From Vicugna vicugna (lineage: Eukaryota), in assembly GCA_013265495.1 (NCBI GenBank), contig MU058584.1:685235-749234 (forward strand): a stretch of 64,000 bases of DNA, written 5' to 3'. The notes beneath the pieces were generated by a model. The model did not search any database and was not told the DNA's origin. It saw only the letters and a program-made list of their open reading frames with translations. Shown here piece after piece: positions 39,370 through 49,950 of the stretch. Position 1 is the stretch's first letter; each line of letters begins with the position of its first letter. A program made the position numbers and the translations under genes.

Positions 39370-39608
39370 TTTCTTTCCCTGTTCCTCCCTTCCTTCCTTC
39401 CTTCTTTCCTTCCTTGTTTTCTTCCTTTCTTTCTCTCTTTCTCTCTCTTTCTTTCTTTCTCTTTCTCTCTTTCTTCTTTCTCTTTCTCTTTCTTTCTTTT
39501 CCTTTTCTTCCACTTCCTTCCATCTCTCTCCCTTTCCACTTTCCCCTCTTCCCTCCTTCCCTCTCTCTCTCCCTTCTTCCCTCCATCCTTCCTTCCCTCC
39601 TTCTTTTG
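39370..39608. repeat. Polypyrimidine low-complexity tract (CT/CCTT/CTTT)
   Basis: ~240 bp almost purely C/T on the + strand. Confidence 0.95.
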
Positions 39609-40849
39609 AATACTAAAAAATATGATATTTATAATACTTGTATAATACAAAAAATTAAGAAAAAAATTGAAAACACTAAGGGCTTCCAGTCTTTGAATTT
39701 TCTGCTTTTATTCTTTCTTTTGGCACAAAAAGGAGAAACTCAAGCACCACCAACTATGCAAAGAAATCCTTTATGCCTTTGCTGGGGGAAGCAAGGCTCA
39801 TCACGAAAATTTCATAATAGTGCAAGTCTGTGATATTAGCTGTCTATCTTTTGTCCTATGTTACAGGCAGAGAAGATAGAAAGATGGCTTATAAAACTCA
39901 TCAGGGGCTTTCCACTGCTCTCAGGACAAATTCTAAGCTCCAGTGTGGTTGGAGTGTGGTGAAGCATGGCAGGAAGGACATGGAGAACATACAGGTGGAA
40001 ATATATATATAGAGAAGGAGTGTTTGGGGTGGGGGAGATCTTGTAGGACCCTGTGTGTCATTTGATGATTTTTCATTTTAGTCCAAGTGAGATTAAAAAG
40101 CCATTAGAGGGCTTTGTGTAGAAGAGTGATGTAATTCCAGAGATCATTCTGGCTGCTATATTGAGAATGGCCTGCAGAGGGGCAAGGGTAGGAGGAAGGG
40201 GATCTGTTGGGAGGTTAGTGGTATGTCTAATCCAGGTAAGAGATGATGTTTGATTAGACTAGGATGGAAGAAAGTGATAGTGAGAACTGATAGGATTCTG
40301 GATACATTTTGAAGATAGAACCCATGGGATTCACTGTAGAATTGGATCTGGAATGAGAGACTGTGCCAAGGATGACCCTAAGGCTTTTGGTCTGAGAAAC
40401 TGGGAGCATGGAGTTACCATAGAGATAGGGAAGACTGAGAGAGGTAGGTTTGTGTGTGTTGGGGGGGCGGTATTGGGGGTGGGTAATAGGAATAGATCAA
40501 GAGTTCAGTGAGTCATGTTAGTTCTGAGATGCCTATTAGGAATCCACGTGCTGGAATGATGTTCCCGAGCAGGCATAATGGGGTGGGATCTAGCTCTTAG
40601 GCAGCGGCATTAGACCATGACAGTTCATTCCACGCACTTGGAGATGAGATAAAAATATGGGTACAGATATGGTAGATGGGTGGATGTTGTGGTGGGAGCT
40701 TGTGGAAGTTTTCTTTGGATTGTTTCTATTTTCTCAATGAAAGAAGAAGCAAGGTTATCTGCTGAGAATGAGCACGCGGGAGAAGGTTATTACAGAGGTC
40801 TGAGAGGGAATGATGTGAAATAGTCATCTAGAAGACTCACAGGGTCTCT

Positions 40850-41412
40850 CAAAAGGCTCTGATCAAGGTATTGGCCAGGGCTTAGCTGGGTTTTCTGCTT
40901 CAAGGTCTGACTGATCTGCAATCGAGCTGTCAACTGGGCTCCATTCTCATCTGGAGGCTTTACTGGAGTAGAATCCACTTCCAAGCCGGCAGGTTGTTGG
41001 CAGAATTTATTTCCTTATGGCTATAGGACTGCAAACTTCAGGGTTTCTTTGTTTGTTTGTGTTTTTGCTGGCTGGGGGCCACTCTCAGCTCTTAGGAATG
41101 TGTGTGAGGTTCTCTGTTGTGTGGCTCTCTCCATAGGCAGTTCCCCACATAGCAGTTTGTTTCTTCAAGGTTAGCAGGAGAGTGAAAGCGAGTCTGCTAG
41201 AAAGAAGTCTTACATAACATAACGTAGTAATTGGAGGGGCAGCCCATCACTCCTGTCGTGTGGCATAGGTATTCATGGGAATGAGTATTGCATCATCTTG
41301 TCCATATTCTATTAGAAGCAAGGCACAGGTCCTACCCACACTCAAGAGAAGAGGATTACACAATCCAGGAGTCAGGGATTATAGGAGTCACCTTAGAGTC
41401 TGTCTTCTGCAC
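40850..41412 (-). mobile_element. MaLR LTR (MLT1-like)
   Basis: aatccacttccaag...gttgttggcagaatttatttcctt...cccacactcaagagaagaggattacac...ggagtcaccttagagtctgtc resembles antisense MLT1. Confidence 0.7.
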
Positions 41413-41997
41413 CATTCTAGTCCCAATACATGATACCCAGTAAGCCAAACTTAGTCAATATTTTTTAAAAAAAATTTACAGAGCTCTTATTGTGAGTCAG
41501 AAACTGCTTTAAAAATACTCATCTCCACAGCAACCCTAGTAGGTAGATCATATCATCATCCCTATTTTACAGGTGGGGACAGAGACATCAATTAATTGTC
41601 CAAGGTCATTCAGCTGAGTAACTGCATAGCCAGGACTCAAACTCATGCTTTCTAGCTTCAGAGTCCATATGCTTACCTACTATGCTAAGCGATCAAAAAC
41701 AAAGTGAATGAATAAGTGAATGCTGTTGAGAAATACAGGAAAATAATTACCCAGCAGCTCTGAGAGCCCAAGTAAGTTTTGAGACAACATTTTTATAGTT
41801 TCATTTTGATGCCAAGCCAGTTGGCATCGTCAGAGACTTTTATTGAGACATTGGATCTTTCTTCTATTAATATTAAGTAACACAGCCTAAGTGGAGATGT
41901 GGCATCTGGCGCAAAAAAAAACTGTGAGGAACTTCTTGCTTGAGATTCCTCAGAGGTGACACCCCATTTTTATCTTTTCCTTATTGAAAGATATTAC

Positions 41998-42080
41998 CTG
42001 GAAAATATAAAGCAAATTTCAGCTGTAGTAGATTCATAAGGAAGGAATAGGTGGCTAGGAGGTATGTCCAACAGTAATAA
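41998..42080 (-). pseudogene. Pseudo-exon ending FIFSR|gtaat
   Basis: 83 nt open frame, phase 0 to 2, donor AG|GTAATA; the recalled CCDC81 exon ends ...LAFPR in the same phase. Confidence 0.45.
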
Positions 42081-44824
42081 CTTGTGATACATTTTGTGGG
42101 TGTCATATTGAGTTGAGCGGCATAAGAGAGAAAATTTTATGCACAGTCTGGATGCACTGTATGTGCAGTACAGCTGAGAACCATATTGTGAGAGCTCATG
42201 CACAGCTGAGAAACAGTGTTATGGAAAGTCATCCAGCCAAGCAGAGGTGAGTGGCTGAACAATGACCAGCTAGGTGGCGAGACAGGCATGGAACAAAATA
42301 TGTTGCAGTTCTGGTTTCAAAGCTGGCCAGATGCCATTCTAGGCTAAGTTTCTGAAGAATTTCCCCTGAGGACAGCCCCACTGTGCATTAGAAATACCCA
42401 CCCAAGTGGGCTCCCAAGAGTGGGCATTAAACATTTGACCCAGGACTCCGAATAGCAGAGAGCCATTTAGCTTGGGGAGAAGAAAACATACTTGACAGAA
42501 AACATATTACGGTGGTTGAAGTTTTTGATGATCAGATTATTTTTCCACTCACTAAATCTTGCAAAATCCTGTTATAAAGCAATAGGGTCCTAATCTTGCT
42601 TCTGATTCTTATTTATCTCTTCTATCCTCAGGTAAACCACTTAACTTTGGGGGGATTTTGTTTCCTTTTCTATGAATTTAGGGAGATGGACAAGATAATC
42701 TCTGGCCAACAGCACTGGGGTGGAATTTAAAGGCCACTCTCCCACACTGTAACAGCCTACTCAGTTTGGAGTCCTGAGGGTGTGTATCTGTCACTCCTGC
42801 ACACCAACACTCTCATCTACCCTCTCCTGCGTTCATTTCTTTCTGTTATTTATGTACTTCCTAGATTATAGTCAGTGTAGAGGGGCTGTTCTTTGAGTAA
42901 AAAATTTATCATTTAACAGGGTGTATTCACTATTTCACAATAGTTCAAAACACACCCTGAGCTACAGAAAATTTAGTGTGGGAGGAGGAGTGAGCTGTGA
43001 CATCAGGATGACTCTCTGGAAGAATGAAGTACTCAAGTTGTAGGAAAATATCAACAGGAAAGTCAAAGCCCTAATTCTTCCACCACCCAAGTGTTTGTCT
43101 CTTGGAAACAGTGATCTCATGAAATGCTCAGGCCTGGCTTCAAACGGAGCCTTGAGCTGAGCCAGGCTCTCCTGATGATCTGATGTAGGGCTGGCAAGTA
43201 ACCTGGGTCTTTTGAGAAGTTCAGGGTCCTACCTGAGGCCATCACATTCGGGACAATGAAGGGAGGACTCCTCTGGCCTACGCTTGCTAATGGCAGCCCG
43301 CTGTTTGAGAAATCTGCGTGGGTCTTCACTGGTTGTGCCACAAAAGAAGGTTGGATGGACTGGCCTGTATCTGGCACAACTGCAGGGAGAAACAAGCACG
43401 TAAGCAGGCTCTTTCGTTGTTAAGTAATATACCTGCTTTTCTGAAATTTAAAAAATATATATTGTCCTAGTTGTCAAATAATTTTCATTTTAGTAAATTT
43501 AGGAAAAAAGCACCCAAAAGAATCCAAAAATCACCATAATCCCATTGTCCCTAAAAGGCAAAAAAAAAAAAAAAGACCTTCTGTTGTTATTCTCTTCTGA
43601 ATTTTTGAATTTGTGTCTAATAATGGCCCATTTTAAATACCTCCCTTGGAATCCCAACGTGATTCTGTATTTTTAATAGAGGACTATTTTATTTCCTTTA
43701 TTTTCTCTCTTTCTCTTTCCTTCTCTCATTTATTCACCGAACCCTTAGTGAGTGACTGCTGTGTGCCAGGCCCTTTCTATTTTAATTCTCTTTCCATCTC
43801 TGTAAGTTAAACTGTACGTATTGTTATCTCAGTTTTGTAGGTGAGGAGGCTGAAGTTCATTAGGGTGATTTTCCCTAATCTCACAGCTTCTATCTACTTA
43901 TCACCTCATCTATCTAATCTATCTTATCTAGCTAATTGATGAAGTATTATCTATATTTTAAAGCCAAGCTGGGATCATACATAGTACTAAAAATTCACAC
44001 ACTTTGGTAAGTATTCCCTTTTCAGTGCTTCATATTTCACAGTTTATTTAATCCCTACCCCTGCGTAGACCGCTCACTTGCTAATTTCTCCACCTGGGTA
44101 TAAATTCCTTGGTTTCTTTTGCTGTGGAGGCAGCAGGTGTTTCCAGTATGAAAACAAGTAACCGGCTCATAGAAGCTTCCTGATCAAGGCTGAGGATCAA
44201 CGGATAGCCTCTGTAAAGAGTGAGGCTCCTCTCACCTCCTGGCTCTTGCTCAAACCCCATTAGCCTCTTCTTTTAAGACATTTTTCGTTTCTATATTCTT
44301 TCCTTCCCCTGAGCTCTGAAATTCATTTGTGCATTCACTGTAGCGTATGTATGGTCTTCTAGCTTGAAAAAGGAACATCACTCCATCTTAAATAATTTTT
44401 GCACAAAGTCTTCCTTGAGGACACAGACCCTAACTTTTGATTGCCCGAGGTACCTATCACAAGGCTGGCACAGAATCACCCAATAAATATATTCTGAACA
44501 AACATCTACTCGTTCTTGATTGAATGCTGAAAATGGGCCAGCCTGTTTTTAAGAGAATAGTTCCATCCCAGGGACGGCCATGTATTAACATCCAGGGATT
44601 CTGGGCAATCCCTACTCTGCACAACACGTTCCCATACTCCTCATCTAAGCCTCACTGCTTTCAACCGGAAGGTTGAGAATTAGAGAAAAACACTTTCCCA
44701 TCATTATTCCTATCCCAGAGGGGCACAGCTGCCACCATAAACAGCTTCCCAGGTGATGAGGCTTTCTGACCTGGCCTTGAGGGCATGTGACACGGGATAG
44801 GCAGACTACTTTGTGGCCTCTCAC

Positions 44825-44973
44825 ACCCTGGGTCCTTTCCTCCAGAGCTGGGTGCTCCATGGGTGAAAGATTTTCTTTTGTGTTTGGACTGACAATGAAG
44901 ACCGTCACCATTTGTTTTAATTTTACTTCTTTTGTGGCACAACCAGTGAAGACCCATGCAGCTTTCTCAAACA
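44825..44973 (-). pseudogene. Pseudo-exon, 3' half of L1-split exon
   Basis: WVFTGCATKEVKLK / GLHWLCHKRSKIKT vs recalled FTFKGIGVLMIRDSKVKMR; candidate donor |gtgaga. Confidence 0.5.
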
Positions 44974-44975
44974 CC

Positions 44976-47242
44976 ATTTTAATTTTTTTGTACTTTAACA
45001 TTTTTATATAATTTCAACCTTATAGAGAAATTGCCGAGCACTATAAAGAAGTTCCATAGAGCCGTTAACCACATTCAGTAACTGCGAGCATTCCCCATGC
45101 ACATTTCTATCAGGTATATGTACATATCTATGCCAGTTTCTGTATTTGGATTAATAATCATGAGTTCATACTAACTTCAATTCCAATCTACCACTGAAGG
45201 GGTAATTCTAGTTTCTCTCCCCTTCCATATTTGTAATTTTTCTTCTCCCCAGGCAAATAATCTCACATTATCTTCCATACATTTGGTCATTTGCTCACTT
45301 CCACAATACACACAAAATAGTTCTAGAACTGCTAAACCACATCACTGTGGAAAGCCAACTACTAACCAGAGTTTACTAGCTGTTCACAGTTCATTTTGTC
45401 TTCAGATCTGAGGGTGTAAAGTTTAAACTGTGCTCACAGGTATAGTCATATGTCAAAAATCATCAAATTGTCTGTTTAAAATACCTGTAGTTTAAGTCAA
45501 CCTCAATAAAGCTGTGAAAAAAAAAATACTGCTTTCAAAAGTTACTTGGGTTAGTTTCCACAGGAAACCTTTTCAGGAAGTTATGTTATTTAAGATACAA
45601 TTAGGCTGATTTATTTCTGTTTGTTTTCTGTTTCAGGGTTCAACCCCCTCTCCCAATTTTTGAATATGTAAAGCATTAACATGGTTCCAAAAGTCAAAAC
45701 TATAGAGAAAGTCATATTTAGAAAAATGCGACATCGCTCCCCTTCCTTCCACTTGTTACCTACCCAGCCCTGCAGGTAACTCATCTTACTGATTTCTGAC
45801 TCTGGTTTATCCTTCCTGTTTCATTTTGTTTTCAAAAATAAGCAGATGTGTGTACATTTTTCTTATTTCCCCTTCTTCCATCTGTACATGTTTGCACTTT
45901 GCTTTCCACCCTAGCCCCATGTATCACTATATCCTGAAAGTCACTCCACTGATTCTCTCTCTTCCCCCGACCCCATGGAATTCTTTCTTCCAGTACTTGT
46001 CTGATTTCATCCTTTACTCTTCGATCTTAGATCTCTGACGTGTTTGGACTTCATTCTTATGAATGGTGTGATGTATGTGTTGTGGGTCAGGGGACAATGA
46101 CCCATGGTCCTTGGTGAAAGAATTCACTGGAGACTCTGCAGTCACAGCACATGGCGAGTTTTTATTAGTTTAAGAAACAGCACTGAGGGACAGGACCTCT
46201 GTGGACAGTGTAGGAGCTGTGTCTGCAGGCAGCTGTAAGGGCTTTTTTTATATCCCTAGGGATGGAATTTTCCAGTTCATGAGTGCTCATGCTTGCTTAT
46301 TTCTGGAAAACCTCTGTTTGCCCATGAGAAGAAAGAGGGAGAGGGTTTACTGGTCTCCTTCAAAGTCTTTTTTGAGCCCCTTGTTTTGAATTCTTCATTC
46401 CCCTACCTGCCTTGTCCTGACTGGTTCCTAACAGTATAAATCTAGTTTTATCTTTTTCTAAGTGTCTACCTATTTACTAAAAAGTTGATTTTTTTGCTCC
46501 AGTGGTTTGAGATGCCACCTTTATGATATAGTACTTGGGCCTGTTTTGGACTGTCTATATTCCATTTGTCTGCCTATTCATGTGCCAGTACCACATTGTC
46601 TTAATTATAGAGGCTTCATAGAATATTTTAATATCTGGTAGGAAGGCTTCTTACTGTAGTTTTTAGTCTTTTCAGTGTTTTCCTAGCTATTCTTTCATGT
46701 TTCTTTTTCCATGAGCACTTTAGTATCAACTTGTCTAATTTATAAATTTATAATTTAACAAGGAGTGTAATTTATACATTAATAAGGGCATTTTTCCATT
46801 TGATCAAGTATTTTTTGTGGCTTTCTTGTAGGAGTGTTTTACAGCTTTCTTTTTATAGGTTTTGCACATTTTGTGTTAGAGTTATTCCTAATTATTTAAT
46901 TTGCTTTGTTGCTATGGTAAATGAAATTTTTCTCTATCGTGTCTTCTAACTAGTTCTTACTTATGTATACGAAAACGATTGACTTCTGTCTGTTCATTTT
47001 ATAACCTGCTACCTTGCGAAATCTTTTATGATTTAGTCTTATCTTTGATTCTCATAGTTTGAGTTAGTCGTATTGATTCTCTAGAGTTTTCCAGGTACTC
47101 TCATGTTATTTGAAATTCAAGGTAGTTCTACTGATTCTGTTCGAATTCTTAAGCCTCTTACAATTTCTCTTGTTTAATTGCATTAGCAGGTATCTTCAGT
47201 GTAATGTTAAATAATCATGGATAGTGAGCATTCTTGCTTTCT
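44976..47242 (-). mobile_element. Old L1M-type LINE fragments with nested LTR
   Basis: Poly-T/L1M 3'-end motif at 44976-45040; diverged ORF2-like antisense sequence 46434-47242. Confidence 0.7.
46078..46433 (-). mobile_element. Solo ERV LTR
   Basis: TGTT...AACA termini, TSD gtatg/gtata, minus-strand AATAAA at ~46162-46167; interrupts the L1M sequence. Confidence 0.7.
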
Positions 47243-47359
47243 CTGCCATTAGCTTTTACAAGACTATATAAGAATATTTTAAAAGACAGAAATAACTCTT
47301 TAGTGTAAGAAGTTTCTGTATATTTTCCTGGTAAGATGAGATTATGGCCCTTCTTATGT
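47243..47359 (-). pseudogene. Pseudo-exon, 5' half of L1-split exon
   Basis: Strong acceptor tttttttctacttactag|; ETSYTKELFLSFKIFLYSLVKA vs recalled EGPFNRDVVEGCVKETLLFLSRS. Confidence 0.5.
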
Positions 47360-48334
47360 CTAGTAAGTAGAAAAAAAATTAGCACAAATGGTAAAAGTAA
47401 AAATTTGATTTTATAATACTTCATTGAAAACACTTGTGTTGAGCCCAGTTCTTTTTTCTTTAATGAACTCTTTAATAATTATTTTTTCCTTATTCATTCA
47501 TTCATATAAGATTTACAGAATGCCTATAATACTCCAGACATTATTCTAGATTCTTTCTCATTTAAATTTTACTACACCCATGTGAGGTAGGTATTATCTT
47601 CATTTTATAAAAGAGGGAATTGGTGCTTAGAGAGGTTAAATGACACACAGCTTGTAAGGGCTGAACTGTCATTTTGAATCTGTTCTAGTTCGAATTTTTC
47701 TAAATTTTCATATATTTCTATCTTAGGGAGTAGAAATGTAGAAGAATAACAATCAGTATCAGTATATTTTTAGAAAGCGACTGTCTTAAACTCTCTTCCC
47801 TTCTTTAAAGGTCACAAAGCTATATTCAGTTACATTATCGTGGGCAGGCTTCTAGGTCCCATTAAGTGGGACCTTGCCAGCATTAATGGGAGTGATTTTA
47901 TTCTCAGTTATTAAGAGAACTTCGAGAGAGGATCTTTATAGTATCAGGAGTCCAAACAACAAAAGATATTCCAGATTATGATCAGTATATCAAAGTATCC
48001 AGGACCCAGAACAGTGCCTGACATAGTATATGCAGTCACATAAAAACAATCAAAATTTACTTAGTATTTACTCTGTTCTACATTCTGTCCTTGTATTGAC
48101 TGGTCTAACCCTCACAAGAACCCTAAGGGGCATTTTTATTATTGTCTGTATGTTACAGACAAGAAAACTAATGCGTAAAAGTTAAATTAACTTGCTAAAG
48201 ATCCCAAACAATAAAGCAACTGGAACTCTGTCTTCAGATTCCATGCTGTTAACCACTACACTATAAATCTTTCAAACAAATGGATGACATTCTGGAATCA
48301 TGAAAGGTATTCAACCTCCTAAATGTATACTTAC

Positions 48335-48563
48335 CAGCATTACTTACACAGTGTACATTTTCCTGTTACTTAATCCTGTGAATGACTTAAAAATTGATAA
48401 AATTAAAAGGCCCTTCCTTGTACTCAAGAAGATAGAAGAAAGGCACCGAAATGCCTGAGGCACCTAAACTCCTTGTCAGGTGTTTTGTTAAATCTTAATG
48501 TTTTGGGTATTTCAACATGTTGGACTTCTTGCAAAAACTGTGCCAAGTGCCACGCAACGTTAA
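48335..48563 (-). pseudogene. Pseudo-exon (CCDC81 N-terminal-like)
   Basis: Acceptor tttttacag|, donor |gtaagta; translates with shifts as GV*VPQAF/GAF...FKSFTGLSNRKMYT vs recalled GVQIPAFGTF...QIHGLKQNKVYT. Confidence 0.6.
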
Positions 48564-48879
48564 CTGTAAAAACAGCTTTTAGGGCACAGTGTCGAGCATA
48601 TAATCGGCATGTACACATCCACACAAGGTAACATGGTAATATATAATTGCCCAATTATAAACAGTGGCGCTGCAACGGCCTTGGAGGTCAACCAGTCCAA
48701 CCACCATTTTCGTGCAGAATACCGAGGCCCAGAGAGGTTAAGTCCACAGCCACGCAAAGCTGACACCCAGCCTCGGTCTCACTGGCGCGCTTTTCATTTC
48801 CTCAGGTTACCTAATCCCTTTCCTTGCATTTCCTCTGTTTTCTTTTTGGTGTGTGTGTGCCTATTTGTGCAAAAGTAAG

Positions 48880-49950
48880 TGGACCTGGCTTCGCGTGCTT
48901 GGGAACTAAAACACCATAAAACAGAAAGAGGGTCGGGGCCCCGCCCATCTGGACAACTCGGGACGAAATAACTGGCCCAAGGTCAGAGGTTGAACCGGGT
49001 CCGCCCTCCGGGCCGCCGCGCTTTCGCAACCCTCCGTGTGGGCGGTCGGAAATCCCCACCCGGATGACACAGCTCCTCGCTCAACTCTACGGTCGGTTTC
49101 TGTAAAACTGGGGTCACCCGAGACGCTGGGCCATGAGGATAACTAAGCCGCGGGACGGCACCTCACGGTACAACACGGTGACGTCAGCACTCTTCGGACC
49201 CGGCCCCGGTACCTTCGCGGGGATCGGGCCTCGCCCCTCGCCCCTCCCAGCGGACGCAAAGGCCACCCCTCCCGGCCCACGGGGGCGCTGGGGGGGCGGA
49301 GCCGCCCAGAGCCGTCCCCATTGGACCGGAGAATGACAGACGCGTAGGTTCCGCCCCGCCCCGCCCCGCGCCCCTCTCAGCGCGCGCCTCGTCGCTCGCG
49401 CTCGGGGCGCTGACGTGTCGGGGCGGGCGGTTTGGGCTCCTCCCCGCGCGAGCAGCCACTCGTCGCGGCGACAGAGGGGCGGGGTGGCCGGGGCTGGCGC
49501 TCCCCCCGGCCCCAGCTCCCGGCCCGCCCCGCCGCCCCGGCCCCCCGGATGAGGGTATATATTCGGAGCGGGCGTGGGACGCCTATGAGTGGCCGCGCCG
49601 AAGGAGCCGGAGCTGAGAGGAGCTGTTTTCGCGCCGGGGGAGGTGAGGGGCTCCCAGCCCAGTCGCTGTCTCCTTCCCCGTCACCCTGGAGGAGACGGCG
49701 GGACCCGGGACCCGGGGCGGGCGGGGTCCTGGTGCCGCCACGCACACGCTTCCCCGGCCACGCGCGCAGACGTGGACACGCGGCGCACGTACGTGCCCGG
49801 AGCCGGCAGCCTGGCACGGGGCGAGGAGCCCGCCTGCACGCCCACACCGCACCCCGTGCACCCCGCGGCGCCTGTTCTCGGCGACCCCGCTGGGGGTGCT
49901 GGGATGAGGGCGCCCCAGATGGGCTGGCGGCTTTGGGGAGGAGAAGGTTA
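48880..49950. promoter_or_regulatory. UAP1: UAP1 CpG-island promoter (possibly bidirectional)
   Basis: Very high GC/CpG; multiple GC boxes, CRE TGACGTCA at 49179-49186, inverted CCAAT at 49320-49324, TATATA at 49556-49561. Confidence 0.9.
49585..49642 (+). other. UAP1: UAP1 non-coding exon 1 (5' end approximate)
   Basis: Begins ~25-30 nt after TATATA; donor GAG|gtgagg at 49642/49643. Confidence 0.65.

Larger units (their letters stand above)
32050..49134 (-). pseudogene. Putative degenerate intron-containing CCDC81-like (coiled-coil) pseudogene
   Basis: About 10 collinear minus-strand exon-like blocks, several with splice signals, whose translations resemble CCDC81 segments in order (see findings); many stops, frameshifts and TE insertions. 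Homology judged by eye from the recalled CCDC81 sequence. Confidence 0.6.

Noticed and set aside
39235..39833. Charged or hydrophobic ORFs
   Set aside because: Translation of the CT/GA simple-repeat tract.
43302..44973. Inverted 48-bp arms as TIRs of a DNA transposon
   Set aside because: No target-site duplication, no transposase, interior contains ordinary MIR/L2-like sequence, and one arm continues into the pseudo-exon.
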